Below are positions 28,242-39,526 of a stretch of DNA of 64,000 nucleotides, one piece after another (position 1 is the first letter of the stretch; every line of letters begins with the position of its first letter). A program made the position numbers and the translations under genes. Under the pieces are notes generated by a model. It was not told the origin of the DNA and did no database searches. It saw only the letters and a list, made by a program, of their open reading frames with translations. This DNA comes from Candidatus Latescibacterota bacterium. GTDB lineage: Bacteria; Krumholzibacteriota; Krumholzibacteriia; WVZY01; JAKEHA01. The stretch covers positions 1,920,001 to 1,984,000 of the forward strand of contig OY970173.1 in the NCBI GenBank assembly GCA_963707635.1. The letters run 5' to 3'.

Positions 28242-29021
28242 ATGGAACAGAACGTAAAGTTTATCGACTACTACGAGGTGCTGGGGGTGTGGCCGACCGC
28301 CGACACCGACACCATCAAGAAGGCGTACTTCAAGCTGGCCAAGCTGCACCACCCCGACATAGCGGGCGAGTCGGCGGAGAAGGAAGCCGTCGATTTCAAG
28401 CTGATCAACGAGGCGTTCGCGATCTTGAGTGACGCCGCGCAGCGGCGCGAGTTCGACGAGCGCCTGAAGAAGAAGTTGGGCGGGACCCAGGCCGAGCGCC
28501 GCGAAGCGGACAAGCGGTCCGCCCAGCTCTCCTACGACCAGGCCCGGGCCGCCATGCGCCAGAATCGATACGACAAGGCCGCGGTGCTCCTGAAGGCCGC
28601 GATCAAGTTCGACGAATCGAATCCCGCCTACCACAGCTGGTACGGATTCTCGCTGGGAGTGCTGCGCACCCAGCTCCACGAGGCGCGTGACGCGTGCAAG
28701 AAGGCGCTGGAAATGGAATTCTACAACGCCGACTACCATGCGAATCTCGGTTTCGTATACATGCAGGCGGGACTCGCCAGCACGGCGATGGAGTGTTTCG
28801 AAGAGGCGCTGAAGTGGGACCCGGAGCACCCGGTGGCGTCGCGCTACTTCAAGAACGGCAAGGACGGCAAGCCGGTTGCCAACCTGAACGGGAAGTCGAA
28901 GGGCAGCGGGCTGTTCGGCATTTTCCGGCGCGGCGGCGACGGCGACGACAAGGCGACCGCCACCGCGACTCCCACCATCCGCAAGTCGAAGTCCGCCCGC
29001 CGTTCCACGCGCCGCTCGTGA
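28242..29021 (+). CDS. J-domain (DnaJ class C) protein with TPRs
   Basis: DYYEVLGV, IKKAY, HPD motif, INEAF-ILSD; C-terminal TPRs. Confidence 0.9.
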   Translation: MEQNVKFIDYYEVLGVWPTADTDTIKKAYFKLAKLHHPDIAGESAEKEAVDFKLINEAFAILSDAAQRREFDERLKKKLGGTQAERREADKRSAQLSYDQARAAMRQNRYDKAAVLLKAAIKFDESNPAYHSWYGFSLGVLRTQLHEARDACKKALEMEFYNADYHANLGFVYMQAGLASTAMECFEEALKWDPEHPVASRYFKNGKDGKPVANLNGKSKGSGLFGIFRRGGDGDDKATATATPTIRKSKSARRSTRRS

Positions 29022-29109
29022 CCCGGTCGCGCTCCCGCTTTCGCCAGCCAACATTGAGTTGACACCCTGAAAGGCGCACGCCTACGCTCGATCCCGCCGA
29101 GCGTGCGCC

Positions 29110-31041
29110 ATGAATCGATCCATTTGCTATATGCCCGTTGCGAACGGGCCCGACGAGCGACGCGACCTCGCCTACGCCGAGGGATCGGCGCGCGCGAAGA
29201 GCCTCCACCTCCTCTTCCAGGACACGGGACCGCGCTCCTCCGACGCCCGCATGCGCTTTCTCAAGGCCGGGTACCGGGACGTGGTTGCGCGCTACCTCGA
29301 CCCGTCGCACCCCCGGACCGCCGCCGCGCTGCTGCGCGACGTCGTCCGCGCGCTCGACCAGCTCGCCCGCGGCGTCGACACCCGGCTCGACGACTACCGC
29401 GAGCTGGGCGTGTACGTGCTCGCGGGCGAGATGGACGTTTACTATCTGCTGTGCACACGGGGTGGCGCGGCGAGGGTGCGCCGCAACGGCGTGTTCATTC
29501 CCGTGAACCCGGCGACGCTCGCGGGCGTGCGCGAGCTTTCGATCGACTCGGCGCGCGCCCAGCGGGACCTGTTCACGCCCACGCTCCCGGACAGCCTGGT
29601 TCTGTTTCGTATCGAGGGGCCGGTCGTCGCGGGTGGCTCGCCGCTCGAGCTCCTGCTCGGCGGCGATCCCGACGACGCGGGTGCCGCCATCGACGCCCTC
29701 GACGTGCCCCGACCGCAGGGCCACCACCTGGCGGTGTCCGAGCGCGGCCGTCACGCGGTCATGTACGTGGCCTTCGAGCCGTCCTCGCGCGGCCGGCCGA
29801 CCGCGGCGCCGGCGGCGGCGCCGACGCGAGCGTCGTTCCCACTGCGCCGGGCGACCTGGGTGGCGAGTACGGCGTTGCTGGCGGCCGTCATCGCCGGGCT
29901 CGTGCTGACGAAGCCGTGGGACGCGCGCGACGGCCGGGGCGATTCGAACAACGCACGTGCGTCGCAGGAGCGGGTCGCGGCGCTGGCGGCGCGGCGCGCG
30001 CCGGTCGAGCCCGCGCCCGAGCCGGTTGCGCCCGCGGCGACGGAGCAAGCGGTTCCGGCCCCGGAGGCCTCCGGCTTTCGCGTGGCGTGGGAAAAGGCGT
30101 ACCGCGCGGCGGTGACGTCGTCTCCTTGTGCGCTCGGGGGCGCGGTCGTTTTCGGCGCGCGCGACGGCAAGGTCTACGCGCTGGATCGCGCGAGCGGGGC
30201 GAAGGTGTGGACGCACGCGGCATCCGCCGGGGTGGGCGCGTCGCCGCTGGTGCGCAACGACGCGGTGGTGGTGGCAGACTACACCGGGACGGTGGTCCGC
30301 CTCGCGCGGGGCGACGGCCGCGTGGCGTGGAAGCGGGCGCTGCACGAACGGGTGGTGAGCACCCCGGCGACCGACGGCGTGCGCGTGGCGGTGGGAACCG
30401 CGACGGGAAACGTGTACGCGCTGTCGCTCGAAACCGGACGGGTGTTGTGGAAGTTCCGGACCCGGGGGCAGATCCGCGGCGCCATCGCGCACGCGCGCGA
30501 CACCTACTTCGTGCCGTCGCACGACGGACGGCTCTATGCGCTTGCGGAGGACACGGGGGCGCGTCGGTGGGCGCTCGCACTCGGCGGGCCGGTCGCGTCG
30601 TCGCCGGCGAGCGATGGGTCCGTGGTCGTGGTAGGCACGGCGCGCGGCGAAATCGTGGCGCTGGACGCGGCCAGCGGCGCGCGGCGCTGGGCGGTTTCCA
30701 CCAGCGGTGAGGTCAACTCCGGCGTGGAAATAGATCGCGGGCGCGTATACGCCGGCAACGCCGACGGGCAGGTGTACTGCGTGGACGCGGCGAGCGGCCG
30801 GGTCGTCTGGCGCGCCGAGACGTCGGGTCCGGTTCTGTCCAAGCCGTTCGTCGGTGACGGGCTGGTCGTGGTCACGTCGTACGATCGCCGCGTGTATTGC
30901 TTCGACGCCGGCTCGGGAGAGGTGGTGGATCGCTACGAGACGAGCGAGGCGATCTTTTCCTCTCCGGCGCTGATCGAGGGCCGCGTCTACTTCGGCAACA
31001 ACGCGGGCCGGTTCTACTGTCTGGAGGCGCCGCGCTCCTAG
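29110..31041 (+). CDS. Membrane-anchored PQQ-like (BamB-like) beta-propeller protein with uncharacterised N-terminal domain
   Basis: Central TM helix; repeated DG-VYALD--SG---W motifs. Confidence 0.85.
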   Translation: MNRSICYMPVANGPDERRDLAYAEGSARAKSLHLLFQDTGPRSSDARMRFLKAGYRDVVARYLDPSHPRTAAALLRDVVRALDQLARGVDTRLDDYRELGVYVLAGEMDVYYLLCTRGGAARVRRNGVFIPVNPATLAGVRELSIDSARAQRDLFTPTLPDSLVLFRIEGPVVAGGSPLELLLGGDPDDAGAAIDALDVPRPQGHHLAVSERGRHAVMYVAFEPSSRGRPTAAPAAAPTRASFPLRRATWVASTALLAAVIAGLVLTKPWDARDGRGDSNNARASQERVAALAARRAPVEPAPEPVAPAATEQAVPAPEASGFRVAWEKAYRAAVTSSPCALGGAVVFGARDGKVYALDRASGAKVWTHAASAGVGASPLVRNDAVVVADYTGTVVRLARGDGRVAWKRALHERVVSTPATDGVRVAVGTATGNVYALSLETGRVLWKFRTRGQIRGAIAHARDTYFVPSHDGRLYALAEDTGARRWALALGGPVASSPASDGSVVVVGTARGEIVALDAASGARRWAVSTSGEVNSGVEIDRGRVYAGNADGQVYCVDAASGRVVWRAETSGPVLSKPFVGDGLVVVTSYDRRVYCFDAGSGEVVDRYETSEAIFSSPALIEGRVYFGNNAGRFYCLEAPRS

Positions 31042-31139
31042 CCGGGGTCGGTGCGGCGGGTCGGTCGTCGCCCGCCTTGCGCCCCCACCCCCGGTTTGCT
31101 ACCTTCCGGCATGCACGTCACGAAAGGCCGTTCGCGTCT

Positions 31140-34100
31140 ATGAGTCTGCTGCAAAAGTTCTTTAAGCCTAAGTCACAGCGTGACTTCCAGCGAAACTCTC
31201 CGCTCCTTGACGAGGTCAATCTCCGCTTTCGGGAGTTCGACGGGTTCACCCCCGAGCAGTTCAGGGCCAAGACCGACGAACTGCGCGCGCGGGTCGCCGA
31301 CGGGGAGACACTGGACAGCGTGCTGCCCGAGGCGTACGGCCTGGTCAAGGCGGCGTGCAAGGCGCTCGTCGGCACCACCTGGAACGTGTGCGAGATTCCC
31401 ACGCGCTGGGAGATGGTCCCCTACGACGTGCAGATCGTCGGCGGGATCGTCCTGCACGAAGGAAAGATCGCCGAGATGGCCACCGGCGAAGGCAAGACCC
31501 TGGTCGCCACCATGCCGCTGTACCTGAACGCGCTCTCGGGGCGCGGCGTGAACTTGATCACCGTCAACGACTACCTGGCCCGGCGCGATTCGGAGTGGAT
31601 GGGACGGGTGTTCGAGCTCCTCGGCGTCACCGTCGGCTGCATCCACGCCGACATGCCCAACGAGGCGCGCAAGCAGGCGTACGCGCGCGACGTGACCTAC
31701 GGCACCAACAACGAGTTCGGGTTCGATTACCTGCGCGACAACATGAAGACGCGCGCGGAGGATCGCGTCCAGCGGGGGCACTACTACGCCATCGTGGACG
31801 AAGTCGACAGCGTGCTGATCGACGAGGCCAGGACCCCGCTGATCATCTCCGGGCCGGTGTCCCACAGCCAGTCCTCGGATCTCTTCGCGCGCTTGAAGCC
31901 GAAGGTCGAGCGGGTGGTGACCCTGCAGACGCGCCTCATGAACGACCTGGTCGCGTTCGCAGAAAAGCACCGCGACGACCCCGAGCAGGAAGAAGAAGTG
32001 GCCCGCGGCCTCCTGAAGGTGAAGCGGGGGGCGCCGCGAAACAACCGCTTCATGAAGCTGCTCCAGGAGACAGGGACGGAGAAGTTGATCGCGCGCATGG
32101 AAACGGATCTGATGCGCGACAAGGTGCTGACCGAGCTGGACGAGGAGCTCTACTTCGCGGTCGACGAAAAGGCCAACACCATCAACCTGACCGAGAAGGG
32201 GCGCGACGCGCTCTCCCCGGAGGACCGCGAGCAGTTCGTACTGCCCGACCTGAGCGAGCAAATCGCCGCCATCGACGCACGGGTGGACCAGCCGGCCGCC
32301 GAGCGCGTGCAGGAGAAGGACCAGGCGTACCGGCACTACGCCGAGCGTTCCGAGTCGATCCACAACTTCAACCAGTTGCTGCGCGCCTATTCGCTGTTCC
32401 AGAAGGACAACGAGTACGTGGTGCAGGATGGGAAGGTCCTCATCGTCGACGAGTTCACGGGGCGTCTGATGCCGGGGCGCCGCTTCTCCGAGGGACTGCA
32501 CCAGGCGCTGGAGGCCAAGGAGGGCGTGCGCATCGAGGGCGAGACGCAGACGCTGGCCACCATCACGCTCCAGAACTACTTCCGCATGTACGAGAAGCTC
32601 GCCGGGATGACGGGGACCGCGGAGACGGAGTCCGAAGAGTTGCACAAGATCTACAAGCTCGACGTGCAGGTGGTGCCGACCAACGAAGCGGTGCGCCGCG
32701 TCGACTTCGACGACCTGGTCTACAAGACCAAGCGCGAGAAGTACAACGCGATCGTGGACGAGATCGCGCGCCTCCACGAGCTGAAGCTGCCGGTGCTGGT
32801 CGGGACCATCAGCGTGGAGGTCTCCGAGACGCTGTCGCGATTCCTCAAGCGCCGGGGGATCGCACACAACGTCTTGAACGCCAAGTACCACCAGCAGGAG
32901 GCCGAGATCGTCGCGCGCGCGGGCCGGTCGGGTGCGGTCACGATCGCGACCAACATGGCGGGGCGCGGCACCGACATCAAGCTCGAGGCCAGCGTGATGA
33001 AGTGCAACGAGTGCGGGATCGGCACCGGGCGCAAGGACTGGCCGAACAAGGAGGGGGGGACCGTCGACACCAACGCGTGTCTCGAGGACGTCCCCTGCGG
33101 CCTCCATATTATAGGTACCGAGAGGCACGAATCGCGCCGGATCGACCGCCAGCTCCGCGGCCGCGCCGGACGCCAGGGCGACCCCGGCTCATCGGTGTTC
33201 TTCATTTCCCTGGAGGACGACCTGATGCGCCTGTTCCGCCCGGAGCGGATCGCGGGCGTCATGGATCGCCTCGGCATCAAGGAAGGGGAGGTCATCACCC
33301 ACCCGCTGGTGACGAAGAGCATCGCCCGCTCGCAGAAGCGGGTCGAGGCGTACAACTTCGAGATCCGCAAGCGCCTGATCGAGTACGACGACGTGATGAA
33401 CAAGCAGCGCGAGGTGATCTACGGGCGGCGCAACGAGGTCATCGATGCCGCCGACCTCACCCCGATCATCCACCTCATCCTCGACGACTTCGTCGAGGCG
33501 GCGGTGGAGCGCTCCATCGACGCGTCCGAGCTGCCGGAGAATCAGAAGCGCGCCGAGTTCCTGGCCCAGATGGAGAGCATCTTTCTCCACTCCTTCGCGC
33601 TGCCGGAAGACGCGTCCGAGGCGGTCGACGCGCTGCGCGAGCACGTGCGCGAGACGGCGCGCGACGCGCTGCGGGCCCGCGAGGAGTTTCTCGCCCGCGA
33701 GTTCAACAGCCCGGAGATGGTGCGCGAGTTCGAGAAGTTCGTTCTGCTGCAGGTGATCGACGAGAAGTGGATGGACCACCTGCACGAGCTGGATTCGCTC
33801 AAGGAGGGGATTCACTACCGCGCGTACGCGCAGAAGGACCCGCTGGTGGAATACAAGCGCGAAGCCTTCGGCCTGTTCAGCGACCTGAACGAGCGCATCG
33901 ACCGCGACGCGCTGTACGCGATCTTCCACGCGCGCATCGCCGCCGCCCCGCGGCCGGTGGCCGACTTGAGCCGGGCGCGGGCCGAGCACCGCGAGGCGGC
34001 GTCGGCGATCCAGAGCGCGGCGCCGTCGGCGCCGCCGCCCGTCGAGGCGCCTGCCGGTGCTCCGAGGGCGCTGCCGGCGCGTGCTCCCGCCCCGCCGATG

Positions 34101-34247
34101 GGTGCCACGGAAGCGACCAGCCACGTGCTGCGCGAGCGCCCGAGCACCCAGCCGGTGGTGCGGACCGAGGAGAAAGTGGGCCGCAACGACCCCTGCCCGT
34201 GCGGGAGCGGGAAGAAGTACAAAAAGTGTTGCGGCGCAAAGGATTAG
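31140..34247 (+). CDS. secA: Preprotein translocase subunit SecA
   Basis: [40 protein letters not shown]-terminal SEC-C motif. Confidence 0.98.
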   Translation: MSLLQKFFKPKSQRDFQRNSPLLDEVNLRFREFDGFTPEQFRAKTDELRARVADGETLDSVLPEAYGLVKAACKALVGTTWNVCEIPTRWEMVPYDVQIVGGIVLHEGKIAEMATGEGKTLVATMPLYLNALSGRGVNLITVNDYLARRDSEWMGRVFELLGVTVGCIHADMPNEARKQAYARDVTYGTNNEFGFDYLRDNMKTRAEDRVQRGHYYAIVDEVDSVLIDEARTPLIISGPVSHSQSSDLFARLKPKVERVVTLQTRLMNDLVAFAEKHRDDPEQEEEVARGLLKVKRGAPRNNRFMKLLQETGTEKLIARMETDLMRDKVLTELDEELYFAVDEKANTINLTEKGRDALSPEDREQFVLPDLSEQIAAIDARVDQPAAERVQEKDQAYRHYAERSESIHNFNQLLRAYSLFQKDNEYVVQDGKVLIVDEFTGRLMPGRRFSEGLHQALEAKEGVRIEGETQTLATITLQNYFRMYEKLAGMTGTAETESEELHKIYKLDVQVVPTNEAVRRVDFDDLVYKTKREKYNAIVDEIARLHELKLPVLVGTISVEVSETLSRFLKRRGIAHNVLNAKYHQQEAEIVARAGRSGAVTIATNMAGRGTDIKLEASVMKCNECGIGTGRKDWPNKEGGTVDTNACLEDVPCGLHIIGTERHESRRIDRQLRGRAGRQGDPGSSVFFISLEDDLMRLFRPERIAGVMDRLGIKEGEVITHPLVTKSIARSQKRVEAYNFEIRKRLIEYDDVMNKQREVIYGRRNEVIDAADLTPIIHLILDDFVEAAVERSIDASELPENQKRAEFLAQMESIFLHSFALPEDASEAVDALREHVRETARDALRAREEFLAREFNSPEMVREFEKFVLLQVIDEKWMDHLHELDSLKEGIHYRAYAQKDPLVEYKREAFGLFSDLNERIDRDALYAIFHARIAAAPRPVADLSRARAEHREAASAIQSAAPSAPPPVEAPAGAPRALPARAPAPPMGATEATSHVLRERPSTQPVVRTEEKVGRNDPCPCGSGKKYKKCCGAKD

Positions 34248-34378
34248 CCGTCCGTTTCCACACCCTCCCGCCGGTTGTCCACAGAATAGAGTTGCCCTTT
34301 TTCTCACGCCCGGTATATGTTTCGAACCCCTTTTTGGGGCGAGCACGGGACTTGCGTAGTGCCGCGGCGGGGTCAACT

Positions 34379-34822
34379 ATGTGGACGAGGCTGATGGATC
34401 TGGTAGTTCTGGTGGCCGAAATGGCCCGGCACGCCGACCGTCGCCCGGTCGAGCTCGACAAGGAGCTCACGCGCCGGGGCTATTCGCCGGACGAGATCGA
34501 GCACGCGGTGTTCTGGTTTTCGTCCCGCCCGGCGCCGAGCGGCGCGGAGCGCCGCACCCGGTCGGTTCGGGTGCTGAGCGAGTTCGAACGGCTGAGCCTG
34601 TCCACCGGCGCGTACGACTACCTGTTCCGCTTGCAGAATCTAGGGATCATCGACGCGCGTCAGTTCGAAACCATCGTGGCGCGCGCCATCCCGGCCGGTG
34701 GAGACAAGGTGGATGTCGAGGACGTGAAGTCGATCGCGTACGCGGTGATCTTCGACAAGGACCCGGCCGAAATGGAAGAGGACGTGTTGGGCCGTTTCGA
34801 CGCGGATGGTGCGCCGGCCTAG
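34379..34822 (+). CDS. Smg/DUF494 family protein
   Basis: L--RGYSP-EI--A--W, SVRVLSEFER, YLFRLQNLGII; typical position upstream of topA. Confidence 0.8.
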   Translation: MWTRLMDLVVLVAEMARHADRRPVELDKELTRRGYSPDEIEHAVFWFSSRPAPSGAERRTRSVRVLSEFERLSLSTGAYDYLFRLQNLGIIDARQFETIVARAIPAGGDKVDVEDVKSIAYAVIFDKDPAEMEEDVLGRFDADGAPA

Positions 34823-34898
34823 AGGATTCGCGCCGCGGACAGAGTTTTTTTTCACGACGCAAGACTCCGATCTTGCGATTTCGTTTTATGGGGTAAGC

Positions 34899-37130
34899 AT
34901 GGCGAACAATGCGCTGGTAATCGTCGAGTCGCCCGCGAAGGCGAACACCATCAAGAAGTTCCTGGGCAAGGGCTTCAAAGTGGTGGCGTCGGTCGGGCAC
35001 GTCATGGACCTGCCGACCAACAAGCTCGGCGTGGACGTCGACAAGAATTTCGAACCGGAATACGTCGTCTCGCGCGGCAAGAAGAAGATTCTCGACCAGA
35101 TCAAGAAGGACGCCAAGAGCGCGGACGAAGTCTTCCTGGCCCTCGATCTGGACCGCGAGGGCGAGGCGATCGCGTGGCACATCCGCGAGTACATCCGCCC
35201 CGTGCAGACCAACGTCAAGCGGATCATCTTCAACGAGATCACCAAACTCGCCATCCAGGGCGCCATCAAGAACCCGATGGACGTCGACATGAAGAAGGTT
35301 GACGCGCAGCAGGCGCGGCGCATTCTCGACCGCATCGTGGGTTACAAGATCAGCCCGATCCTCTGGCAGATCTTCTACTATGGATTGAGCGCGGGGCGGG
35401 TGCAGACGGTCGGGCTGCGACTGGTATGCGAACGGGAAGGGGAGATCGAGCGGTTCGTCGCGCAGGAGTACTGGACGGTCGAAGGATTGCTGCGCACGCC
35501 GCGCGGCGCCGAGCTGCCGGTGAAGCTGGCGGAGAAGAACGGGGAGAAGCTCGAGCTGAAGAACCAGCAGGAGACCGACGCCGTCCTCGTCGACCTGCGC
35601 AAGGCGTCCTACCGGGTGACCGGGGTCGAGAAGAAAGAGCGGCGGCGCAACCCGCAGCCGCCCTACATCACCAGCACCCTGCAGCGCGACGCTGCGCGGC
35701 GACTTCGTTTTTCCGCCAAGAAGATCATGATGCTCGCCCAGCAGCTCTACGAGGGCGTCGACGTCGGCAACGGCGAGCGCGTGGGGCTGATCACGTACAT
35801 GCGCACCGACTCGGTGCGCGTCTCCGAGCAGGCGGTGGACGCGGCGCGCGCGTACATTGCCTCGTCGTACGGCGAGGGGTACCACCCCGACAAGCCCCGC
35901 GTCTACAAGACCAGCGCGAAGGCGCAGGACGCGCACGAGGCGATCCGGCCCTCGGACATCGTCCGCACGCCGGAGTCCCTCAAGGCGGTCCTTACCAAGG
36001 ACCTGCACGCGCTCTACGACCTGATCTGGCGCCGATTCGTCGCGTCGCAGATGGAGAGCGCGCGCTACGACACCACCGAGGTGCTGGTGGGCGCGGGCGC
36101 GTACACGCTCAAGGCCAACGGCCGCGTGATGACGTTCCCCGGATTCCTGAGCGTCTACGAGGAGCAGCTCCCGGACGAGGGCGGCGAGCTTCCCGCGGTC
36201 GAAGTCGACGAGGCGCTGACACTCACGTCGATCGATGGGTTGCAGCATTTCACGGAGCCGCCGCCGCGCTACACCGAGGCGACGCTCATCAAGGACCTGG
36301 AGGACAAGGGCATCGGGCGGCCGAGCACCTACGCCAACATCGTCTCCATCATCCAGGAACGGGAATACGTCGAAAAGGAAGAAGGGCGGTTGTCCCCGAC
36401 CACGCTGGGCCGCCAGGTGTGGAAGACGCTCGAGCGTTTCTTCCCGGAGGTGTTCGATACCTCGTTCACGGCCCAGATGGAGCAGGAGCTCGACCGGGTC
36501 GAAGGGGGCGAGTTCGGCTGGCAGCGGGTGGTGAAGGATTTCTACGCGCCGTTCAAGGAATCGCTCGACCACATCGACGAGAAGAAGAGCGGTCTCAAGA
36601 ACGAGCTGCAGGAACAGACCGAGGTGAAGTGCGAGAAGTGCGGGCGCAATCTCATCAAGAAATGGGGCCGCAACGGCCAGTTTCTGGCGTGCCCCGCCTA
36701 CCCGGAGTGCAAGTTCTCGCGCCCGCTCACCGAGCAGTCGCCCACCGTGCACCTGGAGGGGAAGTGCCCGAAGTGCGGCTCCAACCTGGTCGCGAAGAGC
36801 GGGCGCTATGGCCGCTTCGCGGCCTGCGAACGCTACCCCGAGTGCAAGCACACGGAAGCGTTCCCGATCGGCATGAACTGTCCGCGCCCGGGCTGCGACG
36901 GCAAGATCGTCGAAAAAGTCACCAAGCGCATGAAGGTCTTCTACGGGTGCAGCAACTACCGCACACCGGTCGAGGGACAGCCGCAGCAGGGCTGCGACTG
37001 GGCGAGCTGGGACAAGCCGATCAACGAGGAGTGCCCGAGCTGCGGCAACCCCTACCTGGTCCACAAGACCTCGAAGACGCGCGGCGATTACCTCAAGTGC
37101 CCCAAGTGCAAGGAAGAGACGGCCGGCTAG
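34899..37130 (+). CDS. topA: DNA topoisomerase I with C-terminal zinc ribbons
   Basis: IVESPAK, D-DREGE, SAGRVQ, GLITYMRTDS, GIGRPSTY, C4 zinc fingers. Confidence 0.98.
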   Translation: MANNALVIVESPAKANTIKKFLGKGFKVVASVGHVMDLPTNKLGVDVDKNFEPEYVVSRGKKKILDQIKKDAKSADEVFLALDLDREGEAIAWHIREYIRPVQTNVKRIIFNEITKLAIQGAIKNPMDVDMKKVDAQQARRILDRIVGYKISPILWQIFYYGLSAGRVQTVGLRLVCEREGEIERFVAQEYWTVEGLLRTPRGAELPVKLAEKNGEKLELKNQQETDAVLVDLRKASYRVTGVEKKERRRNPQPPYITSTLQRDAARRLRFSAKKIMMLAQQLYEGVDVGNGERVGLITYMRTDSVRVSEQAVDAARAYIASSYGEGYHPDKPRVYKTSAKAQDAHEAIRPSDIVRTPESLKAVLTKDLHALYDLIWRRFVASQMESARYDTTEVLVGAGAYTLKANGRVMTFPGFLSVYEEQLPDEGGELPAVEVDEALTLTSIDGLQHFTEPPPRYTEATLIKDLEDKGIGRPSTYANIVSIIQEREYVEKEEGRLSPTTLGRQVWKTLERFFPEVFDTSFTAQMEQELDRVEGGEFGWQRVVKDFYAPFKESLDHIDEKKSGLKNELQEQTEVKCEKCGRNLIKKWGRNGQFLACPAYPECKFSRPLTEQSPTVHLEGKCPKCGSNLVAKSGRYGRFAACERYPECKHTEAFPIGMNCPRPGCDGKIVEKVTKRMKVFYGCSNYRTPVEGQPQQGCDWASWDKPINEECPSCGNPYLVHKTSKTRGDYLKCPKCKEETAG

Positions 37131-37166
37131 CGCGCGTTCGCTCGAGCCGGCGTACGTCGATGCTCC

Positions 37167-38483
37167 ATGCGTGAAGTGACCATCGTCGGCGGCGGGCTGG
37201 CCGGCTGCGAAGCGGCGTGGCAGCTCGCCGACCGCGGGGTGGACGTGCGGTTGTGCGAGATGCGGCCGCACACGCCCACCGGCGCGCACAAGACCGACCA
37301 CCTCGCCGAAATCGTCTGCTCCAACTCGTTCAAGTCGACCCTGCTCGACACGGCTTCCGGCCTCCTCAAGGCCGAGATGGACGTGCTCGGTTGCCGGCTG
37401 CTGGAGGTCGCGCGCGCGAGCGCGGTGCCGGCCGGCCACGCGCTCGGTATCGACCGCGAGCTGTTTTCCTCCGGCGTCACCGAGGCGATCGCCCGCCACC
37501 GCCGCATCCGCGTTGAGCGCCGGCGGGTCGACTCGCTGGAGCTCGAGCCCCCGGCGGTCGTCGCGACCGGGCCGCTGACCGGCGACGCGCTGGCGCAGGC
37601 GCTGGTGGAACACTGCTCGAAGGACAATCTCTACTTCTACGACGCCATCGCGCCCTCGTTGGACGGCGACACCATCGACCCGGCGGCGGGGTACTGGGCG
37701 AGCCGGTACGGCAAGGGTGACGCGGACTACCTCAACATCCCGTTCGACCGCGAGCAGTACGCCCGCCTGATCGAGTTCATCCGCGGCGCCGAATACGCTC
37801 AGTCGCACGCCTTCGAGGAAGAGAAGTATTTCGAGGCGTGCCTGCCCATCGAGGTGCTGGTCCAGCGCGGGCCGGAGACGCTCCGCTTCGGCCCCATGAA
37901 GCCGAAGGGGCTGCCCGACCCGCGCACCGGCAGGGAGCCGCACGCGGTGCTGCAGTTGCGCCGCGAGAGCCGCGACGGCAGCCTGATGGGGCTGGTGGGA
38001 TTCCAGACCCGCATGACCTGGGCCTGCCAGAAGGAGTTCATCCGTTCGCTGCCGGGATTTTCCGACGTCAGCGTGCTGCGCTTCGGCACCATCCACCGCA
38101 ACATCTTTCTCGACATCCCGGAGCTGTGCGAACCGTACCTGCGCGATCGCCGGCGTCCGGGGCTGTTCTTCGCCGGGCAGATCTGCGGGGTGGAAGGGTA
38201 CGTCGAGTCGATCGCGAGCGCGATCGTGGCGGCGCTGGGTGTGACCGCGTGGCTCCACGACCGTCCCATGCCGCCGCTCCCGGAGGTCACGATGATCGGG
38301 GCGCTGATGCGATACGTGCACGCGCGCAGCGCGAACTTCCAGCCCATGAACGCGAACTTCGGGATTCTCCCGCCGGTTGCAAACGCACCCCGCATGAAGC
38401 AGGCCAAGCACGAGGCGAGCTCGCGGCGGGCGGTCGACGCGATGGCCGCCTACCGCAGCGAGCACGCCTGGCTGTTTTCCTGA
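37167..38483 (+). CDS. trmFO: Folate/FAD-dependent tRNA m5U54 methyltransferase
   Basis: GGGLAG-EAAWQ, VCSNS, FYDAIAP, FEACLPIE, GPMKPKGL, GVEGYVES, FQPMNANFG. Confidence 0.97.
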   Translation: MREVTIVGGGLAGCEAAWQLADRGVDVRLCEMRPHTPTGAHKTDHLAEIVCSNSFKSTLLDTASGLLKAEMDVLGCRLLEVARASAVPAGHALGIDRELFSSGVTEAIARHRRIRVERRRVDSLELEPPAVVATGPLTGDALAQALVEHCSKDNLYFYDAIAPSLDGDTIDPAAGYWASRYGKGDADYLNIPFDREQYARLIEFIRGAEYAQSHAFEEEKYFEACLPIEVLVQRGPETLRFGPMKPKGLPDPRTGREPHAVLQLRRESRDGSLMGLVGFQTRMTWACQKEFIRSLPGFSDVSVLRFGTIHRNIFLDIPELCEPYLRDRRRPGLFFAGQICGVEGYVESIASAIVAALGVTAWLHDRPMPPLPEVTMIGALMRYVHARSANFQPMNANFGILPPVANAPRMKQAKHEASSRRAVDAMAAYRSEHAWLFS

Positions 38484-38586
38484 CGCGGGTTCGCGCGGCG
38501 GTGCCACGCCTTCGACCAGATTTCGCGTGTCCGCTTCGCGGATGATTGGGTATAGTCGGGTTCGGCCAGCCCCGCTGGAGTGTATT

Positions 38587-39504
38587 GTGGACCTCGACGC
38601 CGCCATCGAACGCTTCCGAACTCACCTCGCCGACGAGCGCGCGTTGTCGCCGCGAACGGTCGAGGCGTACGCCAGCGACCTCGCGCTGCTTTCCCGTTTC
38701 CTCTGCGACCGCGACGGAGCCGCGCCGGCGGCGGGGGCGGTGTCCACGCGCGACCTGCGCGCGTTTCTGGCCGACGAAGTGGGTCGCGGGCGGTCGAGCC
38801 GCTCGATGATGCGGCGCGTGGCCGCCATCCGGGCGCTGTTCCGTTTCCTCCACGGCCGCGGCGAGCTGGAGGCGGATCCCACCCGGGAGCTGGCGCAGCG
38901 CGTCGCGCGCCGCTCAGTGCCGACCATCGTCGACGAGGAGCGCCTGCGCGACATGATGGGGCTGGCCGAAGCGACCACCGTCACCGGCCGGCGTGACCGC
39001 GCGGTGCTGGAATTCCTCTACGGGTCAGGCGTCCGCCTGCGCGAGCTGGTAGCCCTCGACGTCGGTGATTTCCTCCCGCTGTCGGACCGGGTGGTGGTGC
39101 ACGGGAAGGGCGACAAGCCGAGGGTCGTGCCGTTCGCCGGCGAGGCGCGCGCCGCGATGATTGCCTACTGGGGCGAGCGTTTCGGAATCGTGGACCCCGG
39201 GGACGCGACGCTGCGGCGGTTCGCGAAGTCTCCCGCGTTTTCGAGCGCGGTGACCCCGCGCATCAGCCCGCGAACCGTCCAGCGCATCGTCGGCCGCTAC
39301 CTGCGCCGGGTCGCGTCGGTGACGAAAGCCTCGCCGCACGTGCTGCGCCACGCCTTCGCCACCCACATGCTGGACCACGGCGCCGACCTTCGCGCGGTCC
39401 AGGAGCTGCTGGGTCACGCCAGCCTTTCGACGACGCAGATCTACACCCACGTGTCGGTCGAACACCTCAAGAAAGTCTATCGCAAGGCCCACCCACGGGC
39501 GTGA
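38587..39504 (+). CDS. xerC: Tyrosine recombinase XerC-like
   Basis: RDRAVLEFLYGSGVR, GKG, HVLRHAFATH, LLGHASLSTTQIYTH; follows topA-trmFO. Confidence 0.9.
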   Translation: MDLDAAIERFRTHLADERALSPRTVEAYASDLALLSRFLCDRDGAAPAAGAVSTRDLRAFLADEVGRGRSSRSMMRRVAAIRALFRFLHGRGELEADPTRELAQRVARRSVPTIVDEERLRDMMGLAEATTVTGRRDRAVLEFLYGSGVRLRELVALDVGDFLPLSDRVVVHGKGDKPRVVPFAGEARAAMIAYWGERFGIVDPGDATLRRFAKSPAFSSAVTPRISPRTVQRIVGRYLRRVASVTKASPHVLRHAFATHMLDHGADLRAVQELLGHASLSTTQIYTHVSVEHLKKVYRKAHPRA

Positions 39505-39526
39505 ACGAAGACGAAGGCAGGATCGC

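Noticed and set aside
34341..34356. GAGCACGGGACTTGCG as a sigma54 promoter for smg
   Set aside because: Lacks the invariant GG at -24.
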